A stretch of 64,000 nucleotides of DNA from Epithemia pelagica (GCA_946965045.2 OX337230.1:3596001-3660000); one strand, 5' to 3'; counted from the stretch's first letter, positions 52,236 through 63,379 are shown. The notes: generated by a model not told the origin, from the sequence alone. Numbers and translations are program-made.

Positions 52236-53472
52236 CACGCCATAGACGCCGGGTATCGTTGTGAGTTGATTGTAGGAGGTAAAAAATCACTTCCTTTACT
52301 GCAACCGTATGATCCCGAGCATCAAAAGACCCCAGTGTAGTCGGGTCCGCAACGCCAGGAATAGCTGTCGTCCATGTCAATTGGAATATGCCATCTGGAT
52401 TTGCTAGCTCCTCCATGTGAAGAGAAACTCGCCGATTTATTTCGCAGTCAATATAGAGGGGCTGGAAGTATCGGTAATTATCCTCGACATGAATGGATAT
52501 ATTGTTCGGGAGGAAAGGCCGCCAAGTTTGCTCTTGTTTCGCTTGGCGCAACCAAAGATGAACCAAAAGACGATCCACATCTTCTCCGTTCACAAAATGG
52601 ACACCATCCATAAATCTTATTGGCTCAAGGCAAACTTGCGGAATTATATCCAGATTCACCCCATTGCCACGTCCAGTACCATCGAATTGCTCACGAGCAT
52701 CATTGGAAAGCGCAAGACGATTAAATTTCTGTTTGTCGAGCCACTCATACACTCCTATGCACTTAGCTTTGGGAAAGATGTGCGCACCTTGCGCGTTGCA
52801 TCTACCAAATGCTGCGTCAATCTCAATGCGTTGGAACTTGAACACGGTGTCATTCTTCTTGTAAGACGATGGGGCAGAGGACATGTCGACCGAGGAGAAT
52901 TCGACATTACAAACAGGGGAGTCGTTCGGCGATTCGCCCTCGGGTTCGTTTGGTCGATACTCACTCTCGTACACAAGGGCCGGATCATCAATAGGATCGA
53001 CAGTGCGCCGTTCCAGATGAGGACTTGCGTAACAACGAATGCCACTATTAGAGTTGACATAGCCATCGACAGCTCTTTGGAATTGCTCAGCGGAGGATAA
53101 ATCGCGAAACACCACGGACAGGGAAAGCAGCCTTTTTTCTGGATCGCTGGGATGAGTACTTGTAGCAAAAGCAGTATCGACAGTTGTGCCACTGGGATAG
53201 TACCCATTTAGTGATGCAAGCTGCATCATTTTGAATCGAACTCCAGCAGTAGCTCGATTACGCTCTATCGTTCCATAGACATTATGCCACACATGCTGTT
53301 GTTGTTGTTGTTGTTGTTGCTGCTGCTGCTGCTGCTGCTTGTATTGAAGGAATTGATCACGGAGACCTCGGCGGTCGTTGAAGGCAAGTTCGTTAAATTC
53401 TTTCTCTGCGACCGGGTAATTTATCAGCCATGATTTGTATTCATCTTCTATTAGTTCCCAAGCAGTCGTCAT
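52225..53472 (-). CDS. Crinkler-like protein: short helical header, poly-Q and CRN-type HNH-like C-terminal domain
   Basis: MTTAWELIEDEYKSWL header and Q-run. FQRIE..AQGAHIFP..YEWLD..NRLALSNDAREQFDG resembles oomycete CRN C-termini as recalled (QRIE..SCHL..NRLALSR..H..FDG). Confidence 0.65.
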   Translation of the reverse strand: MTTAWELIEDEYKSWLINYPVAEKEFNELAFNDRRGLRDQFLQYKQQQQQQQQQQQQQQHVWHNVYGTIERNRATAGVRFKMMQLASLNGYYPSGTTVDTAFATSTHPSDPEKRLLSLSVVFRDLSSAEQFQRAVDGYVNSNSGIRCYASPHLERRTVDPIDDPALVYESEYRPNEPEGESPNDSPVCNVEFSSVDMSSAPSSYKKNDTVFKFQRIEIDAAFGRCNAQGAHIFPKAKCIGVYEWLDKQKFNRLALSNDAREQFDGTGRGNGVNLDIIPQVCLEPIRFMDGVHFVNGEDVDRLLVHLWLRQAKQEQTWRPFLPNNISIHVEDNYRYFQPLYIDCEINRRVSLHMEELANPDGIFQLTWTTAIPGVADPTTLGSFDARDHTVAVKEVIFYLLQSTHNDTRRLWRVTS

Positions 53473-54780
53473 TATGATGTTGTGATTTGGTTTTCTTGTC
53501 TTCGATGATGCACCTTGCCAACACATCTTCGTCTCGCAGCACCTATTCATGAAACGATGCAAACCTCTAGATACTAGATACTATGTCTGAACAAATCCCT
53601 TCGAGAAAGGCGGCCGAGTTCATAGTCATAACCATACCTTACGGTAGACAGTACTCCTACAAGGAAGACGAAAACGTAGGAGTAGAAAGAAACAGCGAAG
53701 GAGTACCCGCTACGACTAGGAACGCTATATATGTCGAGAACTAATTTGCACTGCTCCTGTGTCAAACAAGCGTGTTCAGGGTTCAGGGGGTATGTTATCG
53801 GGCGCGCGGAGCATGGGCGGAGCATGGATATGGGCGGAGCAATGCATGCTCCCCGATGCATGCTCCGCGCGTCGATATTATCGGTGGGCAGATGTAGACT
53901 CCAACCCCTTCCACCACCATGAATGGAACCAACGATGCAACCAAAGGCACCGAAGACCAACCTTCGCTCTCTTTCCGCCAAACAATGGCAACCCCTATTA
54001 CCTCCCACAATCCCTGCCCGGTGGATTCCTCCCTTACAATCACGGCCATGGGGCTGGCATGTCCGTGGCACAACTCACCCATGGACTCTTGACCCTTCCA
54101 CACTTGTTGTTGCGGGTGAAACTACACTACGAACCATCCCACGCAACGACAATGACGACGATACGGACCAATCCAGGGCCGCGCCCCACGACGAGTCGTT
54201 GTGCATTTTCCAACAAAAACAACAGGCGCTCCTCGTGTTTTTTTTGCCGAAACGCCCCCCATTGTCATGCAAGTGACGCATCAACAATTGTCCTACTTTT
54301 TACAGGGGCCTCCACCATGGATTGTGCCACCTGTAGTTATTTGCATTGGAAGGGATGGGAATCTTGGATTGGTTCGTAGCATTGCCATGGAGGAAGAGGA
54401 CAACGACAAGGACAATCCGTTTGACAACAATGGGACCGTGCCAACGAATCCTAGAACCACAACGACCCATTCGTGTGAGGTCTGGCAACAAGTGCATGCA
54501 TGCATAGAAATCGTTCGTACTTTTTATTTAGTAAGATTCGACTTTTACACCTTCGGGAACAATGCCTTTGTTCAGTTGGCATCTCTATAGCTGATTGTGT
54601 TGTTGTTTTCGGCGATGTTTTTGTCGACGACTTGTGTTGTAGGGAGGGACAACCGTACAAAGGTATGGTGCGCTGAAAACCTTGTCTTGGCATCGTTTTG
54701 TTGGGTCTGTGGAAGACGACGACATTGGATGCGATATAGGGCTACTGCACCTCCACCACTGTGATCAATGAGGGGATTAC

Positions 54781-54991
54781 TGTTGAAGGATGTCCCGTCA
54801 TCGGTCGCGGAGGCGGATGCAACTGCGACCAAGGATACGTCGCCTGGAGCACCAGATGGAGCCGAATGGGTGGAAGTTGAACGACGTGGCAAGCAATCGA
54901 AGAAAGAGAGCCAGAGAGCTCATTCTAAGGAGAATACGTAACTTGTAATCGATTGTTGCCTTTACAGCACAGTTGTTAATAGGTTTCAACA
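54781..54991 (+). repeat. 5' LTR
   Basis: One mismatch (G54797 versus A60681) to the 3' LTR. Confidence 0.97.
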
Positions 54992-55042
54992 TATTCTCCT
55001 TAGAAAATAATCTCACATTGTGCCGTGAAGTACTGCCGGTCA

Positions 55043-55705
55043 ATGTCTGAGGAACCAAGTCGCCTCACCACTTTATTGAACCAGTTGACTTTGTTATCGA
55101 TCGAGCAGCAAGATCGCATCAACGAGACCTACCGCAGGCACGAGCATAACGTGCAACAGCGGGAAGAGGCGTTTCGTGAGGCCCGACGCGAGCTTGAGGA
55201 TAATCACTAAAACGAGATCGCGCACGACCGGCGCCTCCTCTGCGACGCTAAGGATCGCATTTACGCCGAAATCCAAGAGAGGCGCAGGAATTTATTGATT
55301 CAAATCCGTTCAACTTCAACTGTGACTGAAGAACAAGAATTGGTGCCAAAGGTATCCAGGACCGTACAACAACGCACCTCGGAAGCAGAATTGGATTCAT
55401 CTCGGGACGAATCTGCTGAGCTAGCGGACAATATCAGGGAACTAGAGGACGGACGCATCGAAATCATCATCGAGATTCCAGATCTCCCCGCAGACGCAAC
55501 CACCAAACCAAAGAAGCTGGCGATCGGTAGTGACGTGTGGGTGTTGAATCCTTTGAAGCTCGCTCGTGTTCAAAAACGAACACACCTCAAGGCCAAAGTG
55601 ATTGGAACCACCCCATCCGGACAATACAAGCTCCAGGTGTGGAACCCAATCCTCAAGGTAAACGAAGAGCATCGACGAATCCGGAAGAATCTGGCCCTCA
55701 GATAA
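55043..55705 (+). pseudogene. Extra ORF upstream of gag (coiled coil plus small beta-barrel-like C-terminus), interrupted by one in-frame TAA at 55208-55210
   Basis: ORFs 55025-55210 and 55295-55705 share a frame, and the gap between them translates without further stops. Its stop lies 2 nt before the gag ATG at 55708. Confidence 0.65.
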
Positions 55706-55707
55706 TC

Positions 55708-58700
55708 ATGTCACGCCAAGAACAACCACAACCAGACGGCGCCCCATCCTCAACAGCTAGTGGCACGGGGAGATATGGACGTAATGGTGGCCGCGGACGC
55801 GGTCGAGGTAGAGGAGGACGTGGCTCAGGTGGCCAACAAGGAAATACAAAGTTCCAAGGGCAGGAACCGACCCTTAAAGACTGTATCTTCGATTATTCAG
55901 AAGACCCACAGTCCAAGCGTTATCTTCGGAACGTCGAACACTTGATTGGTTATGTTGGGACAACGTTCAAGAGGTACAATCTCCAATTCCAGCAAGCTCT
56001 GGAGAATCTTGATTTACCACCACCCGATGAAGTTGTGCCTCCCAAGGATACGACCAACACCATCAAGGTCGAAGAATGGAAGATGAAATACAAGATGAGA
56101 GAAGAGCAATTGATCGAATATCAAAATTTTCGTGCCTCCCTCTATAGCCTCATCCTGGGTCAGTGCACCCAGTTGATGAAGGATTAATTGCAGGCCAAAG
56201 CGGAGTTTGACACAGTAAAGAAATCAAGAGATGGAATCGAATTGCTCAAGTTAATCAAACGGACCACATTCACCTACGATTCAGGGCGGATTTATGCTCT
56301 GGTGGGCCGTGACAAACTCAAGGAAGAATTCTACGGGTTGAAACGAAGACAGAATCAAAGTATTCAAAGCTACTACGAGCTTTTTCGTGCGAAAGCCAAA
56401 GTAATCGAGGAGCTTGGCATTCTCCTCTATGACGATGACCTTGCACAACAAATTGCAGCAGACAACAGACACACAACGGGGCCCACCGAAGAAGACAAGG
56501 AAGAAGCACAACAACGTTGCATCGCCATTCGCTTCATTCGCTCATGTGGGGCGAGGGAGTATGAAACACATTTACAAAATACGTTTTTGGACGGTCCGAA
56601 CCATTATCCGAAGACCCTCGCCGATGCCCGAGCCATTATCGACAATAGACTGTCAGGGCATCGCAGCGGGCACGGGCTGCAACCGGTACAAGAAAGTAAT
56701 GCCACCGGACTGGCTTACCATGCTAGAGAAAGCACCAACAATGGCGACGACGATACATCAAGTCTGACAGGAGCCACATTGAACACGACAGGACATCAGA
56801 GTGGAGCAGCCAACAATGATGGAGCACAGCGCAATCCTCCGAACACAAACGGTACAGTGACGTTTAACAGACAGCAAACAGAGCTGTCAGCAAATTCTCA
56901 CCACTTCTCTTTCGCGTCCTCCTGCTTTCAGCCTCGTAACCTATCCAAAGAATGGCTCCTCCTTGATAACCAATCTACTGTGGATATCATTCACAGTGGA
57001 CACCTTCTACAAAACATACACACAGCCACTACTCCCATCACCATCACAAGTCATGCCGGGGAAAGACAACTTACACAGCAAGGATTGTTCCCTGGGTATG
57101 GAATAGTATGGTATGATCCCGAAGGATCAGCCAACATTCTATCTTTGACCAACGCTCAACACCGATTTCGAATTCATTACGACAGCCACGACGGCAACAC
57201 CTTTCAACTCTTGGACCCTGCTACGGGCAGACTCAAGCACAAGTTTACTCAGAGCCCACAAGGTCTTTACTACATGCATCTCGATTCCCTACAAGGTAGT
57301 AGTTTCGTAACTACGGTTAACGATAACGAAACTCATTACACTGCCACCGAGATCAGTAGGGCCAAGGGCGTACGTGCATTACAAGCCAAGATAGGGCGCC
57401 CTTCCACAAGGGATCTCATCTATATCCTCAACCACAAGCTCATCCCCAACGCTCCTTTCACCAGCGACGATGCGAGAAGGGCAGAGCTCATATATGGTCC
57501 TGATCTGGGATCGTTAAAAGGAAAAACGACCAGAAGGCGTCCACCAGTTGTTGACACCACAGAAACAGTACCACCACGCCTCGCGGAAAAACATAAAGAC
57601 GTCACGATTGCTTTGGATGTGATGCATATCAACAACATCTCCTTTTTGGTTACAACCTCACGCGTGTTCCGGTTTTCCACCATGGATGCCATCAAGGATA
57701 AAGAAGAAGACACGCTGATTCGATCGATCAGAAAGACATTGTCCGTGTTTCGTCGTGGCGGTCTGCAACCAAGGTTTATTATGGCCGATGGAGCTTTTGC
57801 AAGCGACGGAATGGAAATGAGTATGGGAAACTTAGGAGTGAAATTAAACACCACTGCTCGCGATGAACATGTGGGTCTGATCGAACGTCACATACGAACT
57901 GTGAAGGAACGAATCAGGAGTGTTTATGCAACTTTGCCGTTCCCGACTCTGCCGAAGATTATGCTGATCGAACTGGCTAAATTTGCCACCTTCTGGCTCA
58001 ATAGTCTCCCAACACAGAATCATGAGTTGTCAACTACTATGAGCGCCAGAGAACTTGTCACAGGCGAAACGCTTGATTTTAATCGACACTGCCGGTTTGA
58101 GTTCGGGGAGTACGTACAATGCCATGAGGAGCATGATAATACCATGGCTCCCCGCACGGTGGGGGCACTTGCATTACGCCCAACAGGCAATAGGCAAGGA
58201 AGTTATTACTTCCTGAGCCTCGAGAGTGGTCGTGTGATTACTCGGAACCATGCCACCAAATTACCAATGCCGAAAGAAGTGATCCAGCGGGTGGCACAAT
58301 TGGCAGCTGCCCAAGAGATGCAGCCTGGTCTTGCTTTCGGAAACCGAGATAACCGAATTCTCATGTTAGATGAGGATAATCCCCTCCTGGAGGACGATGA
58401 CAGTGTGTATACTCATGTGGAGGAGGAAGACGATGATCTCCGCTATGATGACGATGTGGTTGATCATGAACTGGAAGACGAGCCAGATCCAAACGGTCCA
58501 CTGATGGAATGGGACCAAGATGGTGTTGAAAACCAGGAAAACCAAGGAGTGAATGACCCAGCTGGTGGTTTCGACAACGGTGACGGTGAGATGGAACCTG
58601 TGGAACAGGGAATCATGGAGGAGCCAATGGAGGTAGAGGCAGGGAATGTGGAGGAATTGATGGAGGGGGAAATGGAACAAGAGAATAATGACAATAATGA

Positions 58701-60825
58701 CAATAATGACATTGTTGTGGCGGAAGAAGATATCCAAAACAACAACTATGAAGAAGCGATTGATATGCCGGACAACGAGGAGATGGAGATTATCTTCGAG
58801 CCTGCAAACGACGATGGAGACACAGAAAATGACAACGAGAACCCGAATGAGGGTGACAATGAAAATCAACGATACAACCTGCGCCCGAATCGTGAGCGCA
58901 GTTACGCTCATCGATTTGGCCACACATTCGCATGTGTTGACAGCCTCGAATCGAAACAACGTTATGATGGATACCTGCTCTGCGGAGTGCTATATCTCAT
59001 TGAGGCAGAGACAAACCTAGCAACCCCACAGATGTCTATGAGGCTAGGGATCAAGATGTTCGGCAACAAAGGAAGAGAAGCCGTTAAAAAGGAAATAAAA
59101 CAGCTGCATGACCGAGGGGTTTTACGAGCCGTCCACAAAGCCGACTTATCGTGGGAACAAATTAAGCAAGCACTGAACTACCTGATGTTTTTAAAACGCA
59201 AGAGATGTGGAAAAGTAAAAGGTCGGGGCTGTGCTGACGGGCGTAAACAACGAGGTGTTGTCCCGAAGGAAGATGCCGCTTCACCCACCGTTTCGACAGA
59301 AGCAGTTTTCATAACGGCAGTCGTGGATGCCGTGGAGAGACGCTATGTTGTCATAGCAGATATCCCAGGCGCGTTTATGCATTCCGACATGGATCCAAAT
59401 GTCCATATGCGTATCGAGGGATTAATGGCAGAATTGCTCTTGGAAGTAGACTATGAAATGTACAGCAAATATGTGGTATACGAATACAACAAACCAGTCA
59501 TCTATGTGGAAATGTTAAAAGCTTTGTACGGCACCCTCAGGGCTGCTCGTCTCTTCTGGATCAAGTTGAGTGGGGTCCTGCAGAGTTGGGGGTACATCAT
59601 CAACCCCTACGATCACTGCGTAGCAAACAAGATCATTAACGCAAAGCAATGCACCGTAACCTGGCACATTGATGATTTGAAAATCTCACATGAGGACCCG
59701 GCGGTTGTTGAGTCGTTCTTAACCGATCTACAGGCTGAATTCGGATCTTTGGGAGACATCTCGGTTTCCCGCGGAAAGCGCCATGATTATCTGGGGATGT
59801 TCCTCGATTTCTCCGAGGACGGGATTCTTCAAGTCGACATGCGCCCATACTTACAAACAATTTTTGCTAACATGCCATCCGAGATGGTTGGCAAAGCCCA
59901 AACGCCAGCTGCAAATCACCTGTATCATGTGAACAATGAAGCAACAAAACTCAATGAGCAGGATGCGGAGCGTTTTCACAGTATCACGATGCAGCTAGCC
60001 TACCTAGCACACCGCGGTCGGCCCGATATTCGAACTGCTGTCGCCTTCCTGTCCACCCGAGTGGCACAACCTGATGAAGACGATTATCGGAAGTTGTCAC
60101 GAGTGTTGAAATATTTGCAAACCACCGTGGATTTGGTTCTTCGCTTGCAAGGTGCAGCTGAGTGGATCATCAGATGGTGGGTAGATGCGTCATATGCAGT
60201 ACACCCCAACACCAAAGGACATACGGGTGGATTCATGAGCCTTGGAAAAGGAACAGTCATCGGCTTTTCAGCCAAACAAAAGTTAGTAGCAAGAAGTTCC
60301 ACCGAATGCGAGTTAATTGGCATTCACGACGTGATGCCATCACTCATCTGGAGTAAGAAGTTTATGGAGGCCCAAGGATTGAATGTGCAGGATGTTATAC
60401 TGCATCAAGATAATCAGAGCAGCATCCTCTTAGCCAAGAACGGTCGACTGTCCAGCTCCAAACGAACAAAGCACATTGATGTTCGCTATTTCTTTGTGAC
60501 AGACCGGATCAAGAACAAAGAGTTGAGTGTGGAGTTCTGTCCTACAGAACAAATGATAGCGGATTTCTTTACGAAACCACTTCAGGGTCGCCTCTTTTAC
60601 CAACTACGGGACCTGATCATGAATATTGCTCCTCACGATAAACATCATTCGTCCCATAGGAGTGTGTTGAAGGATGTCCCATCATCGGTCGCGGAGGCGG
60701 ATGCAACTGCGACCAAGGATACGTCGCCTGGAGCACCAGATGGAGCCGAATGGGTGGAAGTTGAACGACGTGGCAAGCAATCGAAGAAAGAGAGCCAGAG
60801 AGCTCATTCTAAGGAGAATACGTAA
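55708..60825 (+). CDS. Copia gag-pol polyprotein with one in-frame TAA at 56185-56187
   Basis: gag LILGQCTQLMKD*LQAK; protease LLLDNQSTVD; integrase D(ALDVM), D(MADG), E(IERHIRTVKER); RT IADIPGAF and WHIDDL; RNase H VDASYA, SSTECE, QDNQS and ADFFTKPL. Confidence 0.93.
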
Positions 60826-60875
60826 CTTGTAATCGATTGTTGCCTTTACAGCACAGTTGTTAATAGGTTTCAACA
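60665..60875 (+). repeat. 3' LTR
   Basis: Direct repeat of 54781-54991. Confidence 0.97.
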
Positions 60876-61203
60876 ATTACACATGTGGTGTTTGGAGTTT
60901 TGTATCACCCTCGAGAGCTGGGTGGCCGCGCCGTGGGGGTGAGTATACAATTCGCCAGAATACACGACACATGTGCGACTAACTACTCACCCCTGCTTGG
61001 GGGTAGAGCTCACAGCGAGGTCTCAAATAATTATCCTCCCTCGACCTCTCGATTATAGAGCGACGATGGATGATTGATTGACTTGCGAGTTTTCGTGCAG
61101 ACCCATTCAATGTCATCAAAGTGAAGCGAGAGCCTAGAGCTAACTATAGAGTTCTTGTAGACAAGAGTTCTTGAACAGAACAAACCACGAACCAAAAGTC
61201 ACC

Positions 61204-62256
61204 ATGTCGTCAGACAGTTTCAGTGAGGTTCCTGCGTCGTCCGAATACCCTGACGACCCTGCAGGAATGTCACGAAAGGAGCTACAAGAGGCATTGAAAG
61301 CCTGGAGACTTCCCTCGGGGGGAACTAATGTACAGCTTCGAGAGCGCTATTCTCTGTGTATCCTCGGAAAGAGTCCTGAAGAAATCATCACCGCCACGGT
61401 GACAACGTCTCCCCACCAGGCAAAGAAGAGCCCACCGAAACCCAGTCCAAAAAAGAGCCCACCGAAACCCAGTCCGGAAAAGCGTCTACAACGCCATCGA
61501 ACCCACTGTCCACGAGCAACGCAACAGCGCATTGACCGGGCCTGCACCCAGCGCATGTACCTGGTCACCAAAGACGCCGAGCCCGACATGGAAGCTCTGT
61601 GCTGCAATTTTGTAGTCCTCGGTTCCACTGGAAATGTGTACAACGTTGCGATCCAGCGCATCCCGAGCTGTAGCTGTCCAGACCACGCCAGGGGCAATCT
61701 CTGCAAGCACATTCTCTTTGTACTGTTAAAGGTAATGGCGGTCCCATCCAACTCGGACCTGATTTATCAAGCCGCTTGGATCGGCTCGGAACTCCGAGAA
61801 ATGTTTGAGGGCATGCGAATTCGCTTTCGACAAGTCAGTGGAGCGGTACTGGCGAACCAGTTGGTTCAAGAAAGCTATGCCAGGTTGAAGCGTGGAGAAG
61901 AGGTCATTGACGTGGATGATTCGGCGGCGGGCGTTGCTCGTCGTCCTACGGAGGATCAAGACTGTCCCATTTGCTTTGAAGCCTTGGGTACCAATCTCTC
62001 CAAGACCTGCTATTGTCGCTCCCGTTGTGGTGCCAACTTTCACACAGCCTGCATTCAGCATTGGCTGCGATCGCAACGCAGTGAACCAACCTGTCCCATG
62101 TGTCGTGGTCCATGGGAAGATCCAGACAAGAAAAAGACTAGCGGCGACGACGAAGGCTATACCAATTTGGGACGCCTACAAGGACAGTCACCGGATCGTG
62201 ATACGAGCACCTATCATTACGAGTACAGAGGGTACAAGAGATACCGACGCTGGTAA
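61204..62256 (+). CDS. SAP domain, SWIM zinc finger and RING finger protein (ZSWIM2/MAP3K1-like E3 ligase module)
   Basis: SAP: MSRKELQEALKAWRLPSGGTNVQLRER. SWIM: CSCPDH..LCKHILFV. RING: CPICF..CGANFHTACIQHW..CPMCR. Confidence 0.88.
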   Translation: MSSDSFSEVPASSEYPDDPAGMSRKELQEALKAWRLPSGGTNVQLRERYSLCILGKSPEEIITATVTTSPHQAKKSPPKPSPKKSPPKPSPEKRLQRHRTHCPRATQQRIDRACTQRMYLVTKDAEPDMEALCCNFVVLGSTGNVYNVAIQRIPSCSCPDHARGNLCKHILFVLLKVMAVPSNSDLIYQAAWIGSELREMFEGMRIRFRQVSGAVLANQLVQESYARLKRGEEVIDVDDSAAGVARRPTEDQDCPICFEALGTNLSKTCYCRSRCGANFHTACIQHWLRSQRSEPTCPMCRGPWEDPDKKKTSGDDEGYTNLGRLQGQSPDRDTSTYHYEYRGYKRYRRW

Positions 62257-62671
62257 TAGTCGATGTGGCCCACTCTATCGTATAGAAAGTCAAAGCGAAC
62301 GAAAAGACTTGAAAACTTGACTACGAAAAACTGGCATATTAAAAAGGAGTCACCGGATCGTGATACGAGCACCTATCATTAGGAGGACAGAGAGTACAAG
62401 AGATACCGACGCTGGTAACAGTTGATGTGGCCCACTCTATCGCATAGAGAGTCAAAGCGAACGAAAAGACTTGAAAATTTGATGGCGAAAAACTGGCATA
62501 ATAAAAAGGAGTCACCGGATCGTGATACGAGCACCTATCATTACGAGGACAGAGGGTACAAGAGATACCGACGCTGGTCAAAGTCGATGTGGCCCACTCT
62601 ATCGTAGAGAGCCAGAGCGAACGAAAAACAAAACTTGAAAAATTGATTGCGAAAAACTGGCATATTAAAAA
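62186..62671 (+). repeat. Three tandem 162-bp units containing the end of the RING gene and its 3' flank
   Basis: AGTCACCGGATCGTGATACGAGCACCTATCATTA recurs at 62186, 62348 and 62510. Confidence 0.93.
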
Positions 62672-63379
62672 GGCTTCCATATGTCTTGTCGTGAAAGATA
62701 CTTTGAAAGCTGGAGATGAAAAGTACCCACCGACGCTAAATGACAATGGTTCGAAGTCAACACCCAACTTCCCGCAGACGAATTTCCGACACCAAGGACA
62801 GGAACAGGCAAAATACCTCAAGTATAAACACGTTGTTTGTCTGAAATCTCAAGTCCTGGTTGTAGTCTTTGGTGCCAGTGACACGGGCCAATCTGTGGAA
62901 CTGATGGCACGAAGTGCGTACACGTGGTCAGCTCTCATCTGTCCAAAGTAGGGTGGTCTCGTTGGGATGAAACGTAATTATAGTGAGACACACACTGACA
63001 AGGAGCAACGGTATAGGAGGACACTTTCGAGCTCATGAAGAAACTATGCACAATGATAACGAATGGGAATCTTCAATCTTTGATGACAGATACGTCCAGT
63101 GTGTGAAGGGGGTTAATGAGCTTCGAATTGTCTTGTGTCTAGGTAGATGAGATTTGTGGGCGCTGATTGCCAATGACAGCACTTTTGCTTAAAAAGGCTT
63201 GTCAGTGTCTGTGTGGGGCAAGGCCCACACCATCACCTTGTCCCGCAACTCTTGTGCCCACATTTTTCGGGTGGAAACAAGGGCCGCGTGCCTCATGGAC
63301 CCAAAGAGCCCAAACAATGCCCTGCTGCTCGGTTTCCTCCTAGCACAATAGATGTGTTGTTCTATGATGATGATGATGA

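Larger units (their letters stand above)
54781..60875 (+). mobile_element. Complete Ty1/Copia LTR retrotransposon (CoDi-like), 6095 bp, ATTAC TSD
   Basis: 211-bp LTRs with TGTTGAA..TTCAACA ends; ATTAC at 54776-54780 and 60876-60880; PR-IN-RT-RH domain order. Confidence 0.97.

Noticed and set aside
53574-54780. Several overlapping 100-200 aa ORFs left of the Copia
   Set aside because: No motif and no consistent frame or strand, so I could not support a gene model.
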